The notes: generated from the letters alone by a model not told the origin. DNA of 64,000 bases from Candidatus Kapaibacterium sp. (GCA_963664875.1 OY761611.1:1835656-1899655), one strand, 5' to 3'; positions 9,401-17,345 are shown, counted from the stretch's first letter. Made by a program: numbers and translations.

Positions 9401-12400
9401 TACTATAGCAACGTTGGTCGATGGTAATCAAATTCCGAGGGCTACACAAAATGTATCGCTTACAGGAAATATCAATAACACTCAAGCTGAAAACGATACT
9501 TATTCTACTCAGGTGCTTGTTTACGATGAATCAGATGCGGAATTGACCTTAGGATTCACTTTTACAAAAACAGCTAATAATAGCGAATTTAATCTTGCTA
9601 TCAATTTAGGGAATAATAATGTCAATTTGCAGCAGCTTTCTTTCGCAAGCGGTGTAGCAAATCCTTCGTCGATAACTTTAAGTGCTACTGATTTGAATAA
9701 TGCAGGTGGTAATTTTAATACAACTATCCCTAAAGATCTTATCATAAGTCTATCAGGCTTGACTTACACTGCAAACGCAAATGATGCAGCAGCAAGTACT
9801 ATAACATACAGAACTTTAACATTCAACTCTGACGGCAGTGTAAACTCTCCGGCTACACTTACTTTTAGTGCAGCTGACATGAATACAGCTGCAGGCAATC
9901 CGGTATTTACTTCTGATGTAAAACTTTGGATTGGTCCTGCGTCAAGTCAGGCAACCGGAGTTACATATCTACCGTCAGGCAATACATTTACTTTCGCTTC
10001 ACAAGATGGCGGCACAGGTCAGTCTATTGTAGTCAATGATACACTTAATGCAGCATACTTTATTGGCGAACTACGTGAATTACGTATGTGGCAAGGTTCT
10101 CCGAATAACACTTCCACAACAGGAAACGAACCAACAGCACAGAGTTTGTTTGTTCAAGGTGCTCAGGCAGTTAGAGCTGCTTCACTTGCATCTTCCTATG
10201 TAAATAATCTAAATATGGCATTCTCCTTCGATGGAGGCTCCTTTATACAAAATGGTTACAACAGAGCAATTGACGTTTCGACAACTGACTCTCAGATTCT
10301 TGTCAGAAACTTTGGTCAAAAGGTAGAATATGCAGCAACAGAACCTTATATCAAAGTTGTAGAACCTGCATTCAACGACCGTGTAGCTAATACAAAAGAA
10401 GATGTCAGAGTAAGATGGGTTGGCTTTGATTATCTACCTACGGGATTCCCTACGGGTGATGCAGCACCTACAGCTCCTGCATTGGAATTTTCTATCCGCG
10501 GCGGCGGTGGTAAGCTTATTCAGCCATACCAATACGTAGGTAGCGATTACTACACAGGCAACACCCAAGACGCAATGAGCTTCCCAAATACAAGCTCGTA
10601 CATATTCAAAGGTACAGGTTCAGATATTTATTATGCTACTCAGCTAAATGCTTCAATTTCTGATCCGGACGAAGATAATAACGGAACATTTACAGACCAG
10701 GGGCCTTTGTCTGCATCGTTAACCAACGCAAGACTTAGACTTTCCGGCAGATATACTATCAATGGCGAAACTTCTTATATCAATGACGAAGGTCCGCTAT
10801 TTACTATCACTCCTGCTTCAAACTTTACCATCAGGGTGCTTTTAGAAGGATACCATAACGGTTCGACAAGTGGCAATCAGATTCGCGAATTAGCTTCTTC
10901 ATACGAAGCTGGCGGTCTGATGATAAAACTTTACACTGACAATAGTGGTGCTTTGGGAGAACTAATCGGAACTGCTGAATCTCTCGAAGGCTACGATGAG
11001 CTTGACCCTGCTAACAGAAACAATGGTAACAACCGATTTGCAAATGTCAATTTTGTATTTACTGACTTAACAGATGGCAATTACTGGGTTGTAGTTTACC
11101 ATAAAAATCACATGCCTATTATGTCTCGTTTCGCAGTTCCTTTCCAATACGAAGGAGATGACAGAACAACATGGGCTATCGAATCCGGTTGGGATTTCCA
11201 TACATGGAACGGCACAAACAATAATGCTTTGGTCAATGCCTCCGGCGATGCATGGAGCTTAGGTGCATTTACTGCTTACGGTGATGTCATCTCTACAACA
11301 AGTAATCCACTATTTACTACTACAGGGCTAATCAACAATAACGGTGTTGGCGGTGGCAGCGAAAACGCAATGTCTGCTATGGTTGCAGGCGACGTAGATC
11401 GCTCAGGTCAGATAGACGCTGCTGACAGAATTAGAGTTAGATTAGACGAAGGTACTTCTATAGTGGGATCTGACGTTACAGGCGATGGATTTGTCAATGC
11501 TGACGACAGAACAATAGTTGATAGAAACCACGGCCACATTGCTTCAATTTATAATGTCAATTTCCCTGACGGTGATTTCAAAGCTCCAATGGTAAGAAAA
11601 TCGCCTCTCTCTGCGAAAGGCCCTTATGAAACAGAAGTAGCAGGCTACGAAGCACTTTCAAAAATTTACAACAAAACAGCTCAAAACTATAAAGCAGTTG
11701 AGAAATATATTAAAACTAATTCTGACCGCTTACTTGCAGGTTTGAATTATAAAGTTTCTGCAACTCCTGATATTCATGATGGAGTGGTTGATCTTAATGT
11801 TTATATCGAAAATATCGGTGATGACTTTGCACTCGCTAATTGTACTTTCGCTTTCGAATACAACGAAGCAGATATGAAATATGCTTCTTTAGTTGGTACA
11901 GGCGATGTAATTTTCAACAATAACCCTTCTATCGGTTATGTAGAAATGAGTAGTGCACCAGATGCAGATGTGATAAATCCTTTGGAAAGTGTTAGAACTA
12001 TCGAAGTGGATTATATCACAACTTCAGGATTGCCGGGCGAAATAGTTCCTCGTCAAAAAACATATTTAGGTACATTGCGTTTCAAACTTACCAATCCGGT
12101 TGGCAGAGTATTCTTCAAATGGCATACTTCAACTTCGCTGCATTCTGTTGATGGCAAGATTGTGACCAAATACGGAAAGTTCGAAACAATTACCCCAATC
12201 ATTCTTTTCAACGCTTCGCTTACAGCTCCTAATGGCGGTGAGCAGCTTAGCCAAGATAGACCTTACGATATAACTTGGAGCTCTAACGGTACTTCAGGTG
12301 CATATTTAGAATTCTCTTATGACGGCGGTGTCGAATGGGAACGAATAAATGACGAACCTATATTACTCAGCGACAAATCATACACATGGACTACTCCTGT

Positions 12401-13343
12401 TATTCATTCACGCTATTGCTTAATTAGAATGATTGACGCTGACACTGACGAAGAACTTGACAGAAGTGACGCCTTATTCTCTATCTTGCCTAATCATGCT
12501 CAATTGATTAAACCGGCTTCCGGAGACCCTGTCTATACAGGCGGTTCCACAAGCCAGATTAAATGGGTAGCAAGAGGCTACGATAAACTAAGATTTGAGC
12601 TCACAACTGACGGCGAAAAAACTTGGACAGTAGTAAGCGATAACGTAAACGGAGCACTTGAAACTATTTCATGGAAGCTACCTAAAGTTACTACTAAACT
12701 TGCCAAAATGAAAATGTATGATGCTGTAACAAATGAAATGCTTGGCGAAAGCGGATTTTTCAAAATACTTGACGGTTCTCTTACTTTCCTTACTCCTCGT
12801 GCGAATGAAAAGCTAAGAGTAGATATGATTAGCCGTATCCGTTGGACTTCCTCAAATATTCAGGTATTTGATTTAGAACTCAGCACAGATGGAGGTGCTA
12901 ACTGGCAAACATTAGTGCCTAATCAGAATGCAGTGCAATCATTTATCAACTGGACTGTACCTGACTATCCAACAGACAATGCTATACTTAGAGCAATCTA
13001 TCAAGGCGATCCGGAAATGGAATATAACAGAACCGATCAGTTCGCAATTATTCCAAAAACAAGCATAGTAGAGCTTCCATCAGGCTCAGCTATAAAAGGA
13101 ATATATCCAAATCCTGCTCGTAACGAAATAAATATTGAATTTGATCTCAGCCAAGCTGTTACCACAACTCTTAAAGTTGTTGACATAAATGGTAAAGAGA
13201 TTATGGATTTAGGAACAAGAGCTCTTAACTCAGGTATGAATAAACTCAATCTCGACATAGAGCAGCTTAGTTCTGGCACTTACTTCTTAGAATTGAAAGG
13301 TGATAATTTCTATGTAGTCAAGGACTTCAACGTAGTCAAATAA
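6414..13343 (+). CDS. Giant secreted T9SS cargo protein (LamG domains, Asp-box/Ig-like modules, dockerin-like and cohesin-like modules, T9SS C-terminal sorting domain)
   Basis: GGAGG RBS and a signal peptide (LFFLLFAGLELSAQ). LamG patterns: TVETWINL...WVHLAATV...LYVNGE...VRVWRIAL and FMEAWIRP...WSHVAVY...FYVDGI...LRELRMW. Dockerin-like GDVDRSGQIDAADR / SDVTGDGFVNADDR. C-terminal IYPNPARNEINIEF...GTYFLELK is a T9SS CTD. Confidence 0.85.
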   Translation: MSYSSTRQAGRIFLASLFFLLFAGLELSAQYYEFSLLQRRRFDQIDVEVWAKALQQGAPALGNSSLVLEYNTAFLSPAATQNLSSTDSITFNVNQSNPIATVSSSFSQSANGYNPLSSRSYGMGYYALELNLAALGQGGVSPSSSGKGSFLGKLTFDISGSPTESSLTNIAWSSNVLPGEIQVFDKDSNSIKSNITFSNPGDYNVLGVTILSPNKYGQVVDRDADYAALSGEYTSGGYPIYFERSINPSQYTAPIDEDLAYMFQYSLNNGSTWTEIGRVAETDQPSTTVGINASYTAGEIFNPNTGTSFTITTQKGEKIDNSNYRQPLRVVWAKNPFFVERSEQARLKIIKLSGAVSTPLSNRNQDVYNDVNDQKFVLGRLFFLQLDGNSQYLVTNDNFSNSTQLTVETWINLNEYQTSGTEPGIVVSSGGANAAPIHGSNEGAWMLYLKDGRIPAFRAREIEGRGDNGYIGTVQAYYLDSLLAASDAEPLDNTHANNWVHLAATVNNNTLRLYVNGELADQVVNNNATNIRMLTTNHPVWIGVNPNGGIEANDYLHAGIKSVRVWRIALTQDEIRERVSGILNPEDVSTYGDVRRGLQMYFTFEGEHADQATETTYQGGAESPDFYTQGTVDNFGMTYRPDQPHITLTSPVAGAGVSNRAGSTFGIRWVAYGLGDLTATGTNDVEIEYSLDGTNWYYAEDASGAQIGGINAPDVEPGSAIWEPYENENSAANLRTINPYSRSVYLRARGTAANTQDNLMDVVGPFTVAPYFAIKKEEGAILLLEDNAGMNITGDKVFMEAWIRPYRFPTEAEEFFPIITKADSTADMLHYSFDLRYDGRLQLKLSTEDGKVRTAISDASFALERPNSVSADSVWSHVAVYANINGGSGQSEVIFYVDGIAQRADSITTQLGTDLTLNSLNSYPTYIGYSPYMNVTNDGQSVINAKQTENIVLSGNINSGTPANTERNFTGTIYDKDYNTHTFDFNLLKTDNAREFTIATLVDGNQIPRATQNVSLTGNINNTQAENDTYSTQVLVYDESDAELTLGFTFTKTANNSEFNLAINLGNNNVNLQQLSFASGVANPSSITLSATDLNNAGGNFNTTIPKDLIISLSGLTYTANANDAAASTITYRTLTFNSDGSVNSPATLTFSAADMNTAAGNPVFTSDVKLWIGPASSQATGVTYLPSGNTFTFASQDGGTGQSIVVNDTLNAAYFIGELRELRMWQGSPNNTSTTGNEPTAQSLFVQGAQAVRAASLASSYVNNLNMAFSFDGGSFIQNGYNRAIDVSTTDSQILVRNFGQKVEYAATEPYIKVVEPAFNDRVANTKEDVRVRWVGFDYLPTGFPTGDAAPTAPALEFSIRGGGGKLIQPYQYVGSDYYTGNTQDAMSFPNTSSYIFKGTGSDIYYATQLNASISDPDEDNNGTFTDQGPLSASLTNARLRLSGRYTINGETSYINDEGPLFTITPASNFTIRVLLEGYHNGSTSGNQIRELASSYEAGGLMIKLYTDNSGALGELIGTAESLEGYDELDPANRNNGNNRFANVNFVFTDLTDGNYWVVVYHKNHMPIMSRFAVPFQYEGDDRTTWAIESGWDFHTWNGTNNNALVNASGDAWSLGAFTAYGDVISTTSNPLFTTTGLINNNGVGGGSENAMSAMVAGDVDRSGQIDAADRIRVRLDEGTSIVGSDVTGDGFVNADDRTIVDRNHGHIASIYNVNFPDGDFKAPMVRKSPLSAKGPYETEVAGYEALSKIYNKTAQNYKAVEKYIKTNSDRLLAGLNYKVSATPDIHDGVVDLNVYIENIGDDFALANCTFAFEYNEADMKYASLVGTGDVIFNNNPSIGYVEMSSAPDADVINPLESVRTIEVDYITTSGLPGEIVPRQKTYLGTLRFKLTNPVGRVFFKWHTSTSLHSVDGKIVTKYGKFETITPIILFNASLTAPNGGEQLSQDRPYDITWSSNGTSGAYLEFSYDGGVEWERINDEPILLSDKSYTWTTPVIHSRYCLIRMIDADTDEELDRSDALFSILPNHAQLIKPASGDPVYTGGSTSQIKWVARGYDKLRFELTTDGEKTWTVVSDNVNGALETISWKLPKVTTKLAKMKMYDAVTNEMLGESGFFKILDGSLTFLTPRANEKLRVDMISRIRWTSSNIQVFDLELSTDGGANWQTLVPNQNAVQSFINWTVPDYPTDNAILRAIYQGDPEMEYNRTDQFAIIPKTSIVELPSGSAIKGIYPNPARNEINIEFDLSQAVTTTLKVVDINGKEIMDLGTRALNSGMNKLNLDIEQLSSGTYFLELKGDNFYVVKDFNVVK

Positions 13344-13373
13344 GCAAACTATCACAAAGATTCTAAACTATGT

Positions 13374-13410
13374 AAAACAGACAGTTCCAAAAAACGGGAC
13401 TGTCTGTTTT
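13374..13410 (+). terminator. Rho-independent terminator after the giant gene
   Basis: AAAACAGACAGT / ACTGTCTGTTTT 12-bp stem with a T-run. Confidence 0.75.
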
Positions 13411-13643
13411 ATTTGTGGGGATGTTGCTTCTTCGATTTTCACATCCTTTTGTTTCAACTCTTTTTGAGACGGGGCAAAAGAATTAAGTGTGATACTATTG
13501 ATATCAGTTACATTTTAAATATTTACGCTTCATAATAATCGATTTACAAGTAGAATATTTAACACTCAATAGGAGATAAACTGCCGTAATGCTGCATCTG
13601 GAATTCTACATTATCGGGACTCGTACCAGATAAAAAAATTCAA

Positions 13644-14225
13644 CTATTCAGATTTTAAATGGATTGTCGGTTTTTCAAGTTCAATCATTTCTTTTAAATA
13701 CTTTAATCGATTTTCTTTCAAATCTTGGAAAAAAGGAATAATATCGTCTCTATATGCTCTCTTTGAGTAAGCAAAAACTGCAACAGCATGTTCATCATTG
13801 ACTTCAACTTCTCTGTAATGATAAATGTTAAATTCCACTACAGTCATTAAGCTGTCTTCTTTCTCACCTAATGTAAAATCCAATATGATTTCTTTCTTGT
13901 CAGGACTATGCCGAACTTGATAATGGCATGTCCCGTCATAAGTTTTTCGAGCTTCAAGTTCTTTTATCTTACTTCCTACAGTTTCCATTACAGACTTGTC
14001 AGCCAAAAATAGATTTATATGCATCATCTGGTTAAAATGATCTAAAGTTTCACCTTTGGGCAAATATTCCTGAACATAGGAATGTAGATGAGGTTGAGCG
14101 GACCAAGCTAAGTAGTATTCTGTTTTGTTAAACATAAGAGGAGTGTCAAGATGCATGTAATCAACAACTATAGTGTCTGAGAAAGATAACAATAGAGATG
14201 CAAGGGCTATAAATAATATTTTCAT
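13644..14225 (-). CDS. Hypothetical secreted protein
   Basis: 193-aa ORF with an N-terminal signal-like segment MKILFIALASLLLSF. No recognisable motifs. Confidence 0.5.
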   Translation of the reverse strand: MKILFIALASLLLSFSDTIVVDYMHLDTPLMFNKTEYYLAWSAQPHLHSYVQEYLPKGETLDHFNQMMHINLFLADKSVMETVGSKIKELEARKTYDGTCHYQVRHSPDKKEIILDFTLGEKEDSLMTVVEFNIYHYREVEVNDEHAVAVFAYSKRAYRDDIIPFFQDLKENRLKYLKEMIELEKPTIHLKSE

Positions 14226-14528
14226 GTGAATAGGTCAAAAGTTCTAAAAAAACTATCATAATTTAATCAAAACCAAAAGGATTACCAAAGAAAAACGCTT
14301 TAATAGATAATATTTCTCCACTATCTTTTTCATCTGCTCTAACACAACATAAGCAAGCAAATACCCTTTAAATCCTCTATATTATATAGAGAGTTATCTA
14401 AATTATGACTATTTTAAAATGTTAAATGCAATACTACCATTAAGCAATATTTATCTTTTATTTGCTATGTGGTTAATTATTACTATATTGTTCTGTGTTG
14501 TATGGCTTATACTATAGAGAGGTCCACC

Positions 14529-15680
14529 ATGAAAAGTTTAAAATCATTGCTTTTCCTATTCCTAATGTTTTCTTTGGTTTCCTGCGAAGAGGAAGACAGT
14601 ATTACTAATCCTGATGGCTCCGGTAGTTCGGGTACTACTTTTATTGTAATTCAAAATATTGGAAATGAAAGTGCTAAGGAATATGCTATTTCAAAAATGT
14701 CGTTTTCAGGTGAAACGGCTAAGCTTGAAACACTAATTAGCTTGAAAATGTCAGCTTATCCTTATGATTTTATCAAGGATGTACGAATCGACGGCGACAA
14801 GCTTTATATCTATAGCTTACTCCCGGATTACAAGTCCAAGTTGGTTGCTTTTGATATCAATACTAAGCAGGTAGATACCTTGCCTTGGGCTAAAACTAAT
14901 AATGATAATACTTGGTCTGCTTACAGCAGAAGTTTTGATGTTAAAAACTCTTATGTTCACTACATTATGACTGAAACCAGCACACATTATAATGACTGGC
15001 CGGGCTCTTATTTATGTCGCTATAATATATCTACAGGTGATTTTACTCAGATGTCTAATCCAATTGATTTTACTTTAGCTCAACCTGAGAAGGGATGGGA
15101 CACAGAAACCGGCAACTGGTCAAGCGTTCATGCGACCGGCGACGGTAAGGGCTGTGTGGGTAGTATCATGGCATGGGGGGTTGACGGAGGTTCAAACCAC
15201 TATGACTATAATTTTCTTTATAGATACAATCCTGATAATACAAGTGACAGACTTACTCGCATAGGCTCTGAAACAATGAAAGTTTACGGAGCTACAAACG
15301 GTGCAAAATACCTATATCAATACAATCAGCTAATGAATACTGAAACGGATACCTACTTCGAACTTTCAACAATATCAAGTATAGGAGCGGATTACACAGG
15401 CTACCATAACACAAACGGCGTGCTAAGACTCAGTAACTACTACGGTAAAAATATCTATATTTATTATCAAGACCTTGAAAATGATGTAGAGACACTTGTT
15501 GTAGAAACAAATCCTGAAATCCAGTTTGCACAAATGGATAAATCAGGTAGCTTCATCTGGTTCGGTATAGAAGGCAACGAAGAAAATATTCTATGCAAAA
15601 CACAAGACCTCTCCGAAGGCTCAGTAGTAGATACAGTTGCAAAATATCCTAAATCAGTTTACGCTGCTATTCTCAAATAA
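14529..15680 (+). CDS. Hypothetical lipoprotein
   Basis: ORF 14469..15680. Best start is the ATG at 14529, giving MKSLKSLLFLFLMFSLVSC (lipobox LVSC). No family recognised. Confidence 0.6.
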   Translation: MKSLKSLLFLFLMFSLVSCEEEDSITNPDGSGSSGTTFIVIQNIGNESAKEYAISKMSFSGETAKLETLISLKMSAYPYDFIKDVRIDGDKLYIYSLLPDYKSKLVAFDINTKQVDTLPWAKTNNDNTWSAYSRSFDVKNSYVHYIMTETSTHYNDWPGSYLCRYNISTGDFTQMSNPIDFTLAQPEKGWDTETGNWSSVHATGDGKGCVGSIMAWGVDGGSNHYDYNFLYRYNPDNTSDRLTRIGSETMKVYGATNGAKYLYQYNQLMNTETDTYFELSTISSIGADYTGYHNTNGVLRLSNYYGKNIYIYYQDLENDVETLVVETNPEIQFAQMDKSGSFIWFGIEGNEENILCKTQDLSEGSVVDTVAKYPKSVYAAILK

Positions 15681-15701
15681 TCTTGCACTTAAGTAAATGT
15701 T

Positions 15702-15739
15702 AAAAGCTATCCTCAGAGATTATTTGAGGGTAGCTTTTT
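15702..15739 (+). terminator. Rho-independent terminator
   Basis: AAAAGCTATCCTCA / TGAGGGTAGCTTTT stem followed by Ts. Confidence 0.7.
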
Positions 15740-15837
15740 CTTTGCGATTTGCAGTCTATTTATAATCAGAAGAGGCTTTATGAATAGACTATTTTGTATA
15801 TTGCTACACTTCAATTATAACAACTTTAATCCAACAT

Positions 15838-16396
15838 ATGAAAATTTTGAGCTATATTATACTATCAGGACTAATAGTTCTGTTGTATTTTTTTATTGTG
15901 GATTTTTTTTTACCACACGCTGGTGTCAATTTTAATTCTCTAGAAGTTGAAGTAGAAGCTCCTTTAGATAAGAACAAGTTAGTAATAGAAAAGGGTGTTT
16001 TTACTATAAACCGAGACTCTGACTTAGAACTGTTCTTAGGAAAGCATAGTTTGGGATATGAACATAAGCAAATGATTTTCCAAGGTAAAAAATTAAATAG
16101 GTTAGAGACAGATTATGGAGAGAATGATTTTCTTTTTTGTTTATAATGATTCTTGTTATTATCAATTTCGACATTTTAAGACACATTGCAATCAAGTAGA
16201 TTCATATTTCTTTAAAGTTTTTGTAAAAGAAAAGAAAATTTATCTGAATGCTGAGATTGATGGCACTGACCCTATGATATTTGAGCGACCATTCAATCTA
16301 ATAAGTAACGCAGAAATTTTACGCTGTAATTCGCCAATAAATGATGATGCATATATGTATAATATGCTTGAATTAGTTGAGCCCAAGAAGAAGTAA
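15838..16396 (+). pseudogene. Membrane-anchored hypothetical protein split into two overlapping ORFs by a frameshift at a T6 run
   Basis: ORFs 15838..16146 (frame 1) and 16115..16396 (frame 2) overlap at GATTTTCTTTTTTGTT. Removing one T from T6 (16133-16138) reads through as ...GENDFLFVYNDSCYY... Confidence 0.45.
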
Positions 16397-16460
16397 ATAA
16401 TCAAAATTGCAAATACATTAGTTGAGCAAAGCGTTAGTATATTGTTAGTTGCAAGCAAGC

Positions 16461-16497
16461 AAAAGCCTTGTAGAACATGATTTTACAAGGCTTTTTT
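16461..16497 (+). terminator. Rho-independent terminator
   Basis: AAAAGCCTTGTA / TACAAGGCTTTT 12-bp stem followed by a T-run. Confidence 0.75.
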
Positions 16498-16500
16498 GCA

Positions 16501-16805
16501 ATTAGCGCTCCTCCCGGGGGGAACTAGGAGGAGCTAATCCCGGCGTTTCCGCCAAAATAGCATGGTGGGCATGCTAAGTGTTAGACACATCTTTTATATC
16601 TTTAAAGAGCGGTGGAGCTGTATTTCTTGGGGGGAAACGATTGATTTTGCCCCACAGCTCTTGTTAGATACTAATGGTATTTATATAGACTATGCTTTGT
16701 GAGCGGCAATCATTGCGTCTCTACAAATAGGAATCCGGGGGGAGATTCCATTTTGCACCAAAGCTTTTCTAAATTGTTACAGAACTAATGGTATTTATAT
16801 AGACA
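16501..16805. ncRNA. Candidate structured non-coding RNA region (family and strand unknown)
   Basis: GC-enriched island in AT-rich DNA. Five consecutive hairpins lie at 16501-16536, 16541-16553, 16558-16576, 16615-16660 and 16730-16749. Three G6 tracts are present, two of them in hairpin loops. No ORF. Confidence 0.3.
16670..16804. repeat. Direct repeat: identical 21-mer ACTAATGGTATTTATATAGAC at 16670-16690 and 16784-16804, ending two diverged ~100-114-nt tandem units
   Basis: Exact 21/21 match with a 114-bp period. The units share colinear blocks GAGCGG, GGGGGGA, ATTTTGC[C/A]CCA[C/A]AGCT and TTGTTA. Confidence 0.85.
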
Positions 16806-17345
16806 CTAATTATTCAGAGAGATACCGCGAGGGTTGTGGTAAATTGAATTTGCCACTACGCCCCATATTTCAAATTTATCGTCACTTTTCACTTTCAAAG
16901 TAGGATATTTATCATTTTCAGGTTTTAGGAAGATGCCTTCTTCTGTTTTTTGAAAAGTTTTTAGTACTAATTCGTTATTGATTTTTGCGACTACTATATC
17001 GTTATTTTTTGCTTGCTTATTTCTATCTACAAAAACAAATCCACCGTTTTTGATGCCCGCACCAATCATAGAATCGCCCGACACTCTCATCATGAAATAG
17101 TTGGCATTTTTATCCACTATCATTGCATTTAAGTTGCCTGTTCTCGATTCGAGGTTTGTCGCTTCTCCGGTGAAAGTAATGTAGTTTTGCTTGCAAACCG
17201 ATTTATTAAAATATTTCGAAGCTATAGATACCTTATCACTAATCGTGCCTATTTTTTGTTTTTCCGGCACTTCTTGATTTGTTACAGCGTTGTAATTAGT
17301 CTTGTGAAATCTCTTATTAAGTTTAGTACTGATATTCATAGTCAT
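16806..17345 (-). CDS. S24 family peptidase (UmuD/LexA C-terminal domain-like), no HTH detected
   Basis: NLNAMIVDKNANYFMMRVSGDSM parallels the UmuD pattern IDLN...ATYFVKASGDSM. Catalytic Ser is in GDSM and the Lys context is VVAKINNELVLK. Confidence 0.7.
   Translation of the reverse strand: MTMNISTKLNKRFHKTNYNAVTNQEVPEKQKIGTISDKVSIASKYFNKSVCKQNYITFTGEATNLESRTGNLNAMIVDKNANYFMMRVSGDSMIGAGIKNGGFVFVDRNKQAKNNDIVVAKINNELVLKTFQKTEEGIFLKPENDKYPTLKVKSDDKFEIWGVVANSIYHNPRGISLNN

Noticed and set aside
16501-16805. Known housekeeping RNA (tmRNA, RNase P RNA, SRP/4.5S, 6S), tRNA, or small self-cleaving ribozyme
   Set aside because: These hallmarks are absent:
- the tmRNA tRNA-like ends and the SRP GGAA/AGCA domain IV motif;
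- the RNase P GGAAAGTCCGG-type core;
- a tRNA T-loop GGTTCGAATCC-like sequence;
- the hammerhead CUGAUGA box (only a GAAAC is present).
I kept it as an unclassified candidate RNA or repeat.
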